Assembly (NCBI RefSeq): GCF_040372045.1
Contig: NZ_BAABWH010000005.1
Strand: one strand, 5' to 3'
Length of the DNA: 32,000 bases
Source of the DNA: Thalassolituus maritimus
Lineage (GTDB): Bacteria > Pseudomonadota > Gammaproteobacteria > Pseudomonadales > Oceanobacteraceae
In this document: one piece after another, positions 1-9,482 of the stretch
How positions within the stretch are numbered: the stretch's first letter is position 1
How the letters are laid out: every line of letters starts with the position of its first letter
Translations under genes and position numbers: made by a program
Notes under the pieces: generated by a model
What the model was told of the DNA's origin: nothing
Seen by the model: the letters and a program-made list of their open reading frames with translations, nothing else
Database searches by the model: none

Positions 1-462
1 CAGCATATTGCCCGATGGCGAGGCTACGTTATTTTCGAGAGTGGCTGTACTTCCATTCGCCTTGAGCGTTGCAATCACACCATTGCCCAGAGAGTGCGCA
101 TGCGCAGGCACCTCATTCGTCGACTCCTGACCTACTTGCTGACCCTGCCTGTAGTTACTCAGACCAGGTCCCTGCCCCGCATTGACCGCGACACGACCAC
201 GCAGGTCGGGCAAGCCGAAGGTTGTTCTACCGTCACCACCGTACATGGTTCCTAATAGAGAAAAGAGAGCAGAGTTCTGTGAAATAGCCATTAACTGGCC
301 GTCAGCACTGGCCCAGCCTCTTGGGCAAAAGTTACCAGCAAACCACATAACCTCACCGAGGAATGGCTCTGCCGCCGCGTGCGCCTTAGATACCGTTACT
401 CCGCTTACCAGAGCGGTAGCAAGCAGAGAACTACATACGAATTTTGAGAATTGCTTTTTCAT
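1..462 (-). CDS. Phage-tail-collar (MdpB-like) domain protein with signal peptide; 3' end cut by the window edge
   Basis: Absent from the ORF track because it runs off the window. Minus-strand ATG at 462..460 is preceded by an AAGGTG Shine-Dalgarno. My translation is MKKQFSKFVCSSLLATALVSGVTVSKAHA/AAEPFLGEVMWFAGNFCPRGWASADGQLMAISQNSALFSLLGTMYGGDGRTTFGLPDLRGRVAVNAGQGPGL.... It matches the Collar-domain consensus (PF..GEI..FAGNF.PRGWA.CDGQLL.I.QN.ALFSLLGT.YGGDG.TTF.LPDLRGR). The frame stays open to position 1. Confidence 0.8.
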   Translation of the reverse strand, partial: MKKQFSKFVCSSLLATALVSGVTVSKAHAAAEPFLGEVMWFAGNFCPRGWASADGQLMAISQNSALFSLLGTMYGGDGRTTFGLPDLRGRVAVNAGQGPGLSNYRQGQQVGQESTNEVPAHAHSLGNGVIATLKANGSTATLENNVASPSGNML

Positions 463-756
463 AGGACACCTTCGGTCATTCACGCCGCGTCAACAGCCTT
501 GTTAGTTTTTCGCGACGCGCCTCAGCGTGTCCCGTTATCAATTCCGACTGTACTAAGGCGACAGCTGAGTTCAGCAATTACGATTAGAGAACAGTCATTC
601 TGTATATTTTACATACAAAACGTTACATTGAGTAGACAATAATTGGTCAAATAACAACCTGTCCCGATTTGAGACAGCCGCAAAGCATCAGGTGAAGTAG
701 ACGCGCAAACAGAGTGTCGAAAAGCGGTCGTGCAAAAGGAAGCGGTTGGGAGGCGA

Positions 757-799
757 TAAAAAAAGGGGGGGAGAAATCCCCACCAGAACGGTGGGGATT
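757..799 (-). terminator. Putative rho-independent terminator after the DUF1329 gene
   Basis: Perfect 10-bp stem aatccccacc (775-784) / ggtggggatt (790-799) with a 5-nt loop, 10 nt past the stop codon. On the minus strand it is followed by TCTC-C7-T7, so the U-tract is displaced by about 11 nt, which is atypical. Confidence 0.45.
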
Positions 800-809
800 G
801 ATCATGCGA

Positions 810-2171
810 TTAGCGCACACCGCCTCGGCGCAGTGCCGCTGGAGTGTAATCAGAGTAGGTACGTTCAAACTCGTACTGATAACCCGACTCTTCTTCGTTA
901 TCCAAGCCAAGGGCCAGATAGCGGCCTGAGTTCAGGTCGTACAGAGTTTCAATCGCGTACCATGGAACCTTACGATCGAAGTAGAACATGTTGTGCGACT
1001 CAGCCACACGCCACAGTTCTCCACGGCCGTCGTAGTGATCAATCTCGGTCGCCTGCCAGGTGTCCTCATCGATATAGAACACACGCTTAGCGTATACGTG
1101 ACGCTGACCATCTTTCAGGGTGGCTGTTACTTTCCACACACGGTGCAGTTCATAACGAGTCAGGTCCTGATTGATATGACCGGCTTTTACGATGTCATCG
1201 TATTTCAGACTGGAATCTTTCAGCTGATATGAATTGTACGGGATATACATTTCGAACTGGCCATTCAGCTCCCACTCATAGCGGTCTGGCGAGCCGTTAA
1301 ACATATCAAAGTTATCGGCGGTACGAAGACCATCAGACGCAGTACCTGGACCGTCATAGGCTACCTGAGGCGCACGACGTACGCGACGCTGACCCGCATT
1401 GTAGACCCACGCCTTACGAGGTTCTTTTACCTGGTCCAACGTTTCGTGAACCAGCAGAACGTTACCCGCCAGACGAGCTGGAGACAGTACATCCTGTTTA
1501 AAGTAGAAAAGAACGTTGTCGTCTTTATCTGCCTGGAAATCGACCAGATTATTACGGAAAGTGAACTCGTCTTTAAAGCGAACCACGGTGTAATCACCGT
1601 TCACTTGAGGAGTCACCTGACCAATAATACGGCTGACCGAGCCACCACGGTAACGTGTAATGTGGTTCCAGATCACTTCAACACCCGTCTGAGGGAATGG
1701 GAAAGGCACGCCAAAAGTGAAGTTGGCAATACCGTTACCGTCGTTCAACAGTGAGGTGTTTACAGCGTTCTTCTTGGTTTCGTCATAAACGGCCTGCGGG
1801 TAAGCAGCAGAACGTACCGTCTTGTAGACCGGCATTTTGTAAGTATCAGGATACTTTTCAAACATAGCTTTCTGACCATCAGTCAGATTCGCCGCATAGT
1901 CTTTGTAATTTGCTGCAGTAATCACAAACTCAGGTTTTTCACCTGCAAATGGATTACCCAGACGACCGTTTTTACTCACGCTCGCGGCGTCAGTGGCCAG
2001 ACCGCCAGTCCACGCAGGAATATTGCCCTGCGCTTCTTTAATTGCACCTACTGGAGTCAGTTCTGTACCCAGTTTGGCCGCCTGATCAGCACTCACACCT
2101 GCGTGTGCAGAGCCCATCAGGATGGAGAGGGCCGCAGCCGCTCCCCAGGTTTTAAATTGTTTCTTCAACAT
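810..2171 (-). CDS. DUF1329 family protein (LolA-like, periplasmic/outer-membrane associated)
   Basis: 453-aa ORF with signal peptide MLKKQFKTWGAAAALSILMGSAHA. The N-terminal motif VSADQAAKLGTELTPVGAIKEAQGNIPAWTGGL is characteristic of DUF1329 proteins. It lies directly downstream of a DUF1302 gene, the canonical pairing. Confidence 0.85.
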   Translation of the reverse strand: MLKKQFKTWGAAAALSILMGSAHAGVSADQAAKLGTELTPVGAIKEAQGNIPAWTGGLATDAASVSKNGRLGNPFAGEKPEFVITAANYKDYAANLTDGQKAMFEKYPDTYKMPVYKTVRSAAYPQAVYDETKKNAVNTSLLNDGNGIANFTFGVPFPFPQTGVEVIWNHITRYRGGSVSRIIGQVTPQVNGDYTVVRFKDEFTFRNNLVDFQADKDDNVLFYFKQDVLSPARLAGNVLLVHETLDQVKEPRKAWVYNAGQRRVRRAPQVAYDGPGTASDGLRTADNFDMFNGSPDRYEWELNGQFEMYIPYNSYQLKDSSLKYDDIVKAGHINQDLTRYELHRVWKVTATLKDGQRHVYAKRVFYIDEDTWQATEIDHYDGRGELWRVAESHNMFYFDRKVPWYAIETLYDLNSGRYLALGLDNEEESGYQYEFERTYSDYTPAALRRGGVR

Positions 2172-2203
2172 ATTCGGAACCTCTGTGTAACTTGTTCAAC
2201 TGC

Positions 2204-4096
2204 TCAGAATGAATATTTAGCAGAAAGACTGATATTGTCGCGGTCTTTCAACTGGTTATATTTGCCACCCGAGAAGTTAGTGTAGGACACGTCAACGGAT
2301 GTCTGGTTCAGATACAGGAATGACACACCCAGACCAACGGTCAGACGATCATCGATGAACTGTGAACCCGGCTCTGGGCCGTAACCTTTGTCATAAGCAA
2401 TCGACATATTCGGCGTCATATTCACACCAGCAAATGCGTTGTTATACGTCAGACCAGAGCGCAGACGAATACCACCGGACAGCTTGGTCGTGTAACCATC
2501 GTCGGTACAGTAGTCGGTATTTACGTTCGCAGAAGTGCCACCATCGATACAGTAGTTAGTATCACCACCCGCGGCGAAAACACCGTCGTTGTTACCGATA
2601 CCGTAAGCACCTGAACGACCGTAGCGAGCGTCGTCGGTATTAGGCAGGTCTGGAATATACGTCGCACCAATTTCACCAACCAGTGCCAGACGGTCTGCAC
2701 CTAACACGCGATCGAAGAACATGATGTACGTCGACTGGGCCTGCCAGATATCGAACTCGTCATAACCTTCGCCAATTTCACCGTACAGGTTCTCTGCGCC
2801 ACCGGCTTCCTCAGCACGCTGCTGATACAGACGACTCCATGGCACACCGTTACCAGCCAGAATCAGCTCAAAGGCATTCCACTGAATCGGCATATCTGGT
2901 TTGTAGCTGATCTCACCAGAAATAGACGCACCGCTCGCGGTACTGCGAGCAAACGAGATACCGGCAATCTGAATGTCTTCTGGGTATGCGATCTGATACA
3001 GCGGACGATACGTGTTGTAAGACGCGTCGTCATTCACTTCCAGGTTTGGTGTACCAGTAAGAACGCCCAAGCGATCCTGATTGGTAATCACGCCGTTAAT
3101 ATATGGAAGGCGACTGTGGATATTCATGTAGTAGAAGCCGAACTCAGTATCACCGAGCGCTTCTGAGTACCAACGCAGGGCCACACCATACTGGCCAGAA
3201 TCACTTGGTTCTTCGTCCTCGATTCGTTCAGTCACAGGGGCGACTCGACCCGTCAGTGGAATACCACTGTCAATCTCAAGCTCGCGCAAGGCAAGAATTG
3301 CACGTTCCTCGGCATCACCACCCAGGATTACCGGACCACAGCCGTCGGCTACGAAGTCAACAGTAGAGAAGAAGGTGCCGCACGGATCGCTGCGAGTGTG
3401 ATCCCATTCAAGCTGATAGAAGGCTTCAAGAGTGATCTCACCGGTCAAACCGATAGACGTATACAGCATGTTGACAGGCAGGAGGCCCTCTTTCAGTTCG
3501 GCACCAGGCTTACGGAACGCAGACGCGTCCACCGGGTTTACACTGTTAATACCACCCTGAATAAAGGTGCTCTCACCCCAACTCAGTACCTGACGACCCA
3601 GACGGACACTTACAGGAACATAGTTGATGTCGTAGTCAGCCCAAACAAAAGCATCCAACAGCTCTGCACCGAAGCCTGCTGCGTCTTTCGTTTCATCATT
3701 CAACGGTTTGAATTCCGTATCCTGATCCATAATCGCGTGATCGTAGTACGCACGTGCACGGAAGAAAGCACCGTAATTGCGGTAACTCATTTCCAGGTCG
3801 CCACTCCACTTAAAGACGTTGGTATAGATGTCGCCTTGGCCGTAGTTTAGTGTGCCGTCATCGTAGTTATAGGATGAACCGTATGTATTCTCGTTAATCA
3901 CGCTACCATTGGAAGTCATGATCTGACCACGATCACGCTCTTCTAAGCGCCAGCCAATACCATAGGACAGAGTGTTGGCAAGTTGAATATTCAACTCACC
4001 GACGTTGTACTCAATTGCATTAACTGAGGTTACAGCTCCTGCCATGGCCAGTGCCAGCGGAGTCTTTTTAAACATTGAAATCATTGCTTTTTTCAT
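2204..4096 (-). CDS. DUF1302 family protein (predicted outer-membrane beta-barrel)
   Basis: Long ORF ending in ...ISLSAKYSF, an aromatic C-terminus typical of outer-membrane proteins. Signal peptide is MKKAMISMFKKTPLALAMAGAVTSVNA. Gly/Tyr/Asn-rich alternating pattern throughout. I prefer the ATG at 4096, which has a GGAG Shine-Dalgarno about 10 nt upstream, over the TTG at 4114 used by the ORF track. The gap to the DUF1329 gene is 32 bp. Confidence 0.8.
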   Translation of the reverse strand: MKKAMISMFKKTPLALAMAGAVTSVNAIEYNVGELNIQLANTLSYGIGWRLEERDRGQIMTSNGSVINENTYGSSYNYDDGTLNYGQGDIYTNVFKWSGDLEMSYRNYGAFFRARAYYDHAIMDQDTEFKPLNDETKDAAGFGAELLDAFVWADYDINYVPVSVRLGRQVLSWGESTFIQGGINSVNPVDASAFRKPGAELKEGLLPVNMLYTSIGLTGEITLEAFYQLEWDHTRSDPCGTFFSTVDFVADGCGPVILGGDAEERAILALRELEIDSGIPLTGRVAPVTERIEDEEPSDSGQYGVALRWYSEALGDTEFGFYYMNIHSRLPYINGVITNQDRLGVLTGTPNLEVNDDASYNTYRPLYQIAYPEDIQIAGISFARSTASGASISGEISYKPDMPIQWNAFELILAGNGVPWSRLYQQRAEEAGGAENLYGEIGEGYDEFDIWQAQSTYIMFFDRVLGADRLALVGEIGATYIPDLPNTDDARYGRSGAYGIGNNDGVFAAGGDTNYCIDGGTSANVNTDYCTDDGYTTKLSGGIRLRSGLTYNNAFAGVNMTPNMSIAYDKGYGPEPGSQFIDDRLTVGLGVSFLYLNQTSVDVSYTNFSGGKYNQLKDRDNISLSAKYSF

Positions 4097-4115
4097 GATT
4101 TTTATTCTCCGCAAC

Positions 4116-6968
4116 TTAATTACTTTCTAGAACAGTGGTGTTAGTGACGGAATAACTGCCCAGAATCAGACTGACGGATTGACCCAACATTTCCAGGAAA
4201 ACCGCACTGTCATCTGAATTCGCAAAGGTGCTGTGCGTTCCTGATGCAAATCGTACTTCTGCACGCAGAGGCGAAGACAGATCACCTACAGTCGTTGCAC
4301 TCGTTACAGGCTCAGTACCAAGAACTGTCGTCAGGCCTTGCGTACCAGCGAGAGGCGCGTAGGCAGTGTCGATACCTGTTGGCAAGCCCAACGCAGACGC
4401 GAAAGCGGCATATGGGTTGGTACCCGCATCAGCAAAGTAGTCGAAGTTTGGAACCGTTGGATCGGGCAGATATACACCAGCCGCTTTGAATCCATCCGGA
4501 TAAGAAACACCCGAGGCATCTGATGGCAGTGCATTACCACCTACCATATTAAATGCCACAACAGGTGTGTCCGTGGCTGCAAGCATCGCCCCTGCATTCG
4601 CAGGATCTGCTACATCTACAGCAGACTGGAAGACGTACATGAATTTCTCAAAATTCTCTGTACCCTGAGCCACACCTGAAGCAGCCAGACCACCCACAAC
4701 AACCGGACCAAAAGATGCAGAGTTTTCCAGCAGTTTGGTCAGGTTTGCACCGCCATTTGCCAGAATCACACCCTGAACCTCATTCAGGTTGTCATTCGCA
4801 GCAAGAACCGCTGGAGAGTTGTTCACCGCTGCATAGGTTGTCGCCACAATGGCACCCAGTGAATGACCAGCAACGAATACTTTAGTCTCATCGAGTTCGA
4901 GTGCCGCCCCTGCGGCAACGACAGCGTCGCTGACTGCTTCGATACTGGCGTTCAGGTTAAGCAAGTCGACAACTGCCTGACGTACGTTGTCACGAGTTCG
5001 GGTGAAATTCGACAGGTTAATAAAGGCGCTGCCAGACGTACCTGCATCAGTTTCGCCGAAGTCCATCGCCACACGGGCATTCAAGCTATTCTGATATACG
5101 TTGCCATGGCGTTCTTTAATGCTGGCAAAAGTGGTGTCTCCACCGCCAACCTGAGCGGCAATAACACCTGCCCATGGTGACGAGGTATCTGCACCCAGAG
5201 CGACTTCCATGTTGAATGGAAGCAATGCATTAGCTACCGGCTGACCGTTATTATCGCTACCAATCGGAGCAATACCGTGCAGAGGCAAATCGATCGCTAC
5301 CGTTGCAATGCAGTTAGCTGCCAGACCTGCCGAATAAGGTAGAGCGTTGCCTCGGCTGCCAGTGATACCGTGGACGTACATCACGACCGGCACAGAAGAT
5401 AAACCTGAACAATCCTGTCCGCCTGCTGCACTATAATCAGCTTGAGCAGGCATGGTGATCAACAATGGAGCGACATTGCTGCTTTCCAACGGCTGTGGGA
5501 AAGGATAACGGTAAGTCACGTTCGTCGTGTCGTCGTCGTCTTTGGGTGGAGTAGTACCCGCTTCATTTCCAAGAGCTCCATCCAATACAGCACCCACACT
5601 GGTATTCGCAGACCAGTCTGGGTCCGCAGCCATTGCTGCGCCAATACCTTCAGCAGACAATTCTGTCGTAAGAGTAACGCCGCCCAGGAAGTCCGGAAGT
5701 TCGATCTGACCCTGATAGTAGCGAGTCAACGTATCTGCCGTACCCAGGAATGTCGCAGGTGACGCGCCATTACCACCAATAACACCGTCTACAGTTGCTC
5801 CATCAACAACAGCAACCGTCCGTTCAGAAGGACGATCAACCAGATCGTTGATGCTCACAGCTGCTTCTGCGCCAATCAAGCTGCTGATATCGGCTGAGGC
5901 AATTGACCCGTAAACCTGTCCCGGATAGATGTCCAAAGCCTTCACTCCGGCTACCTGTTCATCCGTCACTGCAGCGAGCTGCGCGGGATCATTTGGGTTG
6001 CCCATGGCACTGGCAACAGCTATCGAACGCGCAACGATATCTTCTAACTGCCCGCCAGCGAACTCGTCAGTCAGATCTTCGGCAGCTTCCAAAGTAAGAT
6101 TTGCCGCAATGAACTGCGCTGGATTAGCGTAGGAGGTCAAAACGTCCAGAGAGCCATCTGTTGTGAACGCGTAGCTCAAAACAATGTTGTCTTGCGACAG
6201 AGACCCGCCACTCGCTGCAGCCAGGAACTGTGCAGAGAGCGCCTCCCAACCCTGTACAGCATCACGCACAGGCTGCAATGCATTTGACGCCAGCTCGAGG
6301 TTACTGCTGACTAACTCATACTCGGCGGATGTTGCAACTGACTCGCCTGCGGCGGACTGAATGCCATCAGTGAGTACCACAAGATACTTAGTCTGCTTGT
6401 CCAGTGGTTTCAGAGGGGTTATCGCCACAGATGGCGTTGCACCGTCGTCTAGCTCGACATAACGCGCAGTGTAGTCAGTGCCAGCTACAGGCTGATCAGC
6501 AGAGAACGGTGACGACGCTTCTTCTGCATACACGCTGTTCGCCAGAATCGTGTTGATATCCAACGCATCAATATTCGCGTTGTCATCACTGCTCTTCAGC
6601 TCGATCAGAAAGACCGACTGGCCGGCAACCACGGAGTCGGCGTTCAGAATACCGTTGAACGGAACATAAAAAGTCGCAGTCGTAGAGAACCCTGGCAGAT
6701 CATTAATAGCTGTTGTAACGGGTGGTGTCGTGTCTGCCGTTGCTGCTGTGCCGTCTGTCGCCGCCGCAGTGGCAAAGACCAGATCGGTATTCAAGGGAAC
6801 CTGAGAAGTCGCAGGGGAGAATATAGGTGTGATTCGGGACGGAGTCGCTCCATCAGAACCAGAGGTTACTGCGGTTGTGTCTACTTTGAAATCGCTACCC
6901 GTATTACAGCCCGCAAGGCCTGCGGCTGTGGCTGCGATGGCCAGACTGAGTAAAGTCTTCTTCACCAT
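4116..6968 (-). CDS. Large lipoprotein lipase / alpha-beta hydrolase (bacterial virulence-factor-lipase N-terminal type, VolA-like)
   Basis: About 950 aa. Lipoprotein signal MVKKTLLSLAIAATAAGLAGC|NTG. The N-terminal ITPIFSPATSQVPLNTDLVF resembles the Lipase_bact_N motif. The serine-hydrolase nucleophile elbow is VFVAGHSLGAIV. An alternative start lies at 6983. The stop is only 19 nt from my preferred start of the DUF1302 gene (4096). Confidence 0.8.
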   Translation of the reverse strand: MVKKTLLSLAIAATAAGLAGCNTGSDFKVDTTAVTSGSDGATPSRITPIFSPATSQVPLNTDLVFATAAATDGTAATADTTPPVTTAINDLPGFSTTATFYVPFNGILNADSVVAGQSVFLIELKSSDDNANIDALDINTILANSVYAEEASSPFSADQPVAGTDYTARYVELDDGATPSVAITPLKPLDKQTKYLVVLTDGIQSAAGESVATSAEYELVSSNLELASNALQPVRDAVQGWEALSAQFLAAASGGSLSQDNIVLSYAFTTDGSLDVLTSYANPAQFIAANLTLEAAEDLTDEFAGGQLEDIVARSIAVASAMGNPNDPAQLAAVTDEQVAGVKALDIYPGQVYGSIASADISSLIGAEAAVSINDLVDRPSERTVAVVDGATVDGVIGGNGASPATFLGTADTLTRYYQGQIELPDFLGGVTLTTELSAEGIGAAMAADPDWSANTSVGAVLDGALGNEAGTTPPKDDDDTTNVTYRYPFPQPLESSNVAPLLITMPAQADYSAAGGQDCSGLSSVPVVMYVHGITGSRGNALPYSAGLAANCIATVAIDLPLHGIAPIGSDNNGQPVANALLPFNMEVALGADTSSPWAGVIAAQVGGGDTTFASIKERHGNVYQNSLNARVAMDFGETDAGTSGSAFINLSNFTRTRDNVRQAVVDLLNLNASIEAVSDAVVAAGAALELDETKVFVAGHSLGAIVATTYAAVNNSPAVLAANDNLNEVQGVILANGGANLTKLLENSASFGPVVVGGLAASGVAQGTENFEKFMYVFQSAVDVADPANAGAMLAATDTPVVAFNMVGGNALPSDASGVSYPDGFKAAGVYLPDPTVPNFDYFADAGTNPYAAFASALGLPTGIDTAYAPLAGTQGLTTVLGTEPVTSATTVGDLSSPLRAEVRFASGTHSTFANSDDSAVFLEMLGQSVSLILGSYSVTNTTVLESN

Positions 6969-7189
6969 ACATATACCTGTCATGTGTTGTTATGGTTATC
7001 AGATGCGTTGGTACACGCATCCCTTGCGTATATCAGCAATCACCTGACTATAATCCCGTGGCGTCACACCCTCATCGCCCGAAAGTATGATTCGCCTCCT
7101 TAAACCGGGGCATTTTGTATCTGATCGTAATCAAACATAGTTCAAATCCGCCAACCTACCAAACCGAGGGATAGGATTTATACGAGCCT

Positions 7190-7218
7190 TTGACATAGAA
7201 TAGTCGGCCTTTTAAACC
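7190..7218 (+). promoter_or_regulatory. Candidate sigma70 promoter for the thiolase gene
   Basis: Perfect -35 TTGACA at 7190-7195, a 17-nt spacer, then a weak -10 TAAACC at 7213-7218. The AGGAG ribosome-binding site lies 6 nt before the ATG at 7245. This rests on sequence pattern only. Confidence 0.25.
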
Positions 7219-7244
7219 AACCCACCCCGAGACAGGAGATTCCT

Positions 7245-8435
7245 ATGTCGTCCAATCAGGATTCCGTTGTAATTGTTGCTGGCGCCCGTACCCCTATGGG
7301 TGGCTTTATGGGCAGCCTCAGCACCGTTTCTGCACCCGAGCTTGGCGCAATCGCGATTGAAGAAGCCGTTAAGCGTTCAGGCCTGCAGCCTGCGGACATT
7401 CAGGAAGTCATCATAGGCAATGTATTGTCTGCGGGTCTGCGCCAGGGCCCTGCCCGTCAGGCGATGCGTAAAGCCGGTCTGCCAGACAACACAGGTGCAA
7501 CCACGATCAACAAACTGTGCGGATCAGGTATGAAAGCTACCATGATGGCGCATGACGCGATCAAAGCAGGTTCTGTTGATGTCGCAGTCGCCGGTGGCAT
7601 GGAGTCGATGTCCAAGGCACCTTATATCCTTGAGAATGCGCGTGGCGGTTACCGTATGGGCCATGGTGATCAAGCAAAAGATCACATGTTCTTTGATGGT
7701 CTGGAAGACGCTGAGACCGGCAAACTGATGGGCGCTTTCGCTCAGGACATGTCCGACAAGAAAGAATACACCCGCGAGCAGATGGACGAATACGCGATCC
7801 GCTCACTGAACCGTGCAAAAGCGGCGATTGAGAAAGGTCTTAACACTGCTGAAATCGTACCGGTTACTGTAAAAAGCCGTCGCGGTGAGACTGTTGTTGA
7901 GCAGGACGAACAGCCATTCAACGCGAACATCGAGAAAATCCCATCTCTTCGCCCTGCTTTTGCAAAAGATGGCACCATTACGGCAGCAAATGCTTCATCC
8001 ATCTCTGATGGCGCATCTGCTCTGGTACTGGCGCGTGAATCAGTCGCGGCCGAGAAAGGTCTGACTCCTGTTGCTCGCATTGTTGCGCACAGCACTCACT
8101 CACAGCACCCTTCTGAATTTACAGCGGCTCCATGTGGTGCGATTGAAACACTGCTGGCGAAGACTGGCTGGACTAAAGACGACGTCGATCTTTGGGAAAT
8201 CAACGAAGCCTTCGCTATGGTAGCGATGATGCCAATCGATGCATTCGGACTGGATGCTGAGAAAGTAAACATCTACGGCGGTGCCTGTGCACAGGGCCAC
8301 CCTGTTGGCTCTACTGGCTCACGCCTGATCGTGACCCTGATGAACGCTTTGAAGAACACTGGCGGCAAGAAAGGTATTGCTGCTCTGTGTATCGGTGGTG
8401 GTGAAGCAGTTGCCGTTGCAATCGAAATGATCTGA
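7245..8435 (+). CDS. Acetyl-CoA C-acetyltransferase (thiolase II)
   Basis: 396 aa. Active-site cysteine context INKLCGSGMKA, plus NEAFA, GGACAQGHPVGSTG and C-terminal CIGGGEAVAVAIE motifs typical of thiolases. Confidence 0.95.
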   Translation: MSSNQDSVVIVAGARTPMGGFMGSLSTVSAPELGAIAIEEAVKRSGLQPADIQEVIIGNVLSAGLRQGPARQAMRKAGLPDNTGATTINKLCGSGMKATMMAHDAIKAGSVDVAVAGGMESMSKAPYILENARGGYRMGHGDQAKDHMFFDGLEDAETGKLMGAFAQDMSDKKEYTREQMDEYAIRSLNRAKAAIEKGLNTAEIVPVTVKSRRGETVVEQDEQPFNANIEKIPSLRPAFAKDGTITAANASSISDGASALVLARESVAAEKGLTPVARIVAHSTHSQHPSEFTAAPCGAIETLLAKTGWTKDDVDLWEINEAFAMVAMMPIDAFGLDAEKVNIYGGACAQGHPVGSTGSRLIVTLMNALKNTGGKKGIAALCIGGGEAVAVAIEMI

Positions 8436-8453
8436 TTGCAGCGCTAACGAAAG

Positions 8454-8478
8454 AAGCCGGCTTAACGCCGGCTTTTTT
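8454..8478 (+). terminator. Rho-independent terminator of the thiolase gene (possibly bidirectional)
   Basis: Perfect 8-bp stem aagccggc (8454-8461) / gccggctt (8467-8474) with loop ttaac. The stem is followed by a T-run through 8478. An A-rich stretch lies on the other side. Confidence 0.85.
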
Positions 8479-8541
8479 GTGCCTCGCACATAGCGAGCTT
8501 ACTCAGAGAGTTAAAGCGACCGCGAGGGCGTCACAACAAGG

Positions 8542-8604
8542 TAAACATCGGCCAAAGAAACGAAGCTTACTATCGCTAAGTGAGTATTTTTTGGCCGATG
8601 TTTA
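8542..8604. repeat. Long perfect inverted repeat (15-bp arms, extendable to about 18 bp) in the convergent intergenic region
   Basis: taaacatcggccaaa (8542-8556) is the exact reverse complement of tttggccgatgttta (8590-8604). The arms are separated by 33 nt. The element lies between the purU stop and the thiolase terminator. Confidence 0.6.
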
Positions 8605-8630
8605 ACAAAGCTATGACAATGCAGGCAGGC

Positions 8631-9482
8631 TCAGAAGACGATTGTTTTGTTACCGTGAAGTAGCACTCGATCCTCCAGATGACTCCGCACCCCACGCGCC
8701 AGCACCGACTTCTCAACGTCTTTCCCTAAGCGCACCATGTCTTCAACCGTGTCGTTGTGACTGATACGGATAACGTCCTGGTCAATAATCGGCCCGGCAT
8801 CCAGCTCCTGAGTCACGTAGTGGCAAGTCGCACCAATCAGTTTTACACCGCGCTCTGCGGCCTGATGGTATGGTTTCGCACCGACGAACGACGGCAGGAA
8901 ACTGTGGTGGATATTGATCACCTGACCGACATATTGCTGACAAATCTCTGGAGGAAGAATCTGCATGTAGCGCGCGAGGACAATGGTGTCGGCTTTATGC
9001 TCTTCAATAATCGCAGTCACACGACGAAAGTGCTCCGCCTTATTGTCTTTGTCGACAGGCACGTGGAAGTACGGAATACCGTGCCATTCCACCAGCGAGC
9101 GCAAATCATCATGGTTTGAAATTACACATGGAATATCGCATTCAAGTTCTCCGCTGTGCCACCTGTGCAACAGATCTACAAGGCAGTGGCTCTGCTTGGA
9201 AGCCATCAGAATAACCTTCTTGGGAGCGCCACTATCACTCAGCTGCCAGCTCATCTCAAATTCGTCAGCAATCGGGGCAAATGCTTCCTCTAAGCCTTTA
9301 ACATCGAATGGGAGGGAATCAGCCCGGATACAGTGGCGCATAAAAAAGCGTCCACTCTCAGGATCTGAATAATGATTAGCTTGTACGATCCAGCCACCAT
9401 GGCTCGAAAAGAACTGGCCAACTTTGGCCACAATCCCCACCCTGTCGGGGCAAGAGATAGTAAGACGAAATACTCTTTCCAT
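8631..9482 (-). CDS. purU: Formyltetrahydrofolate deformylase
   Basis: N-terminal ACT-like segment (FRLTISCPDRVGIVAKVGQFF). Formyltransferase core with INIHHSFLPSF and GATCHYVTQELDAGPII. Size is about 283 aa from the ATG at 9482; the ORF track starts at 9497. Confidence 0.9.
   Translation of the reverse strand: MERVFRLTISCPDRVGIVAKVGQFFSSHGGWIVQANHYSDPESGRFFMRHCIRADSLPFDVKGLEEAFAPIADEFEMSWQLSDSGAPKKVILMASKQSHCLVDLLHRWHSGELECDIPCVISNHDDLRSLVEWHGIPYFHVPVDKDNKAEHFRRVTAIIEEHKADTIVLARYMQILPPEICQQYVGQVINIHHSFLPSFVGAKPYHQAAERGVKLIGATCHYVTQELDAGPIIDQDVIRISHNDTVEDMVRLGKDVEKSVLARGVRSHLEDRVLLHGNKTIVF

Noticed and set aside
182-505. 107-aa plus-strand ORF at the left edge
   Set aside because: It is antisense to the tail-collar-domain gene, whose translation matches a known domain almost residue for residue. 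The plus-strand product has no recognisable features.
758-771. A7G7 homopolymer run as a possible phase-variation switch
   Set aside because: It lies in the 3' flank of the DUF1329 gene. On the minus strand it supplies the C-run and T-run after the terminator stem. It is neither in a coding region nor in a promoter spacer.
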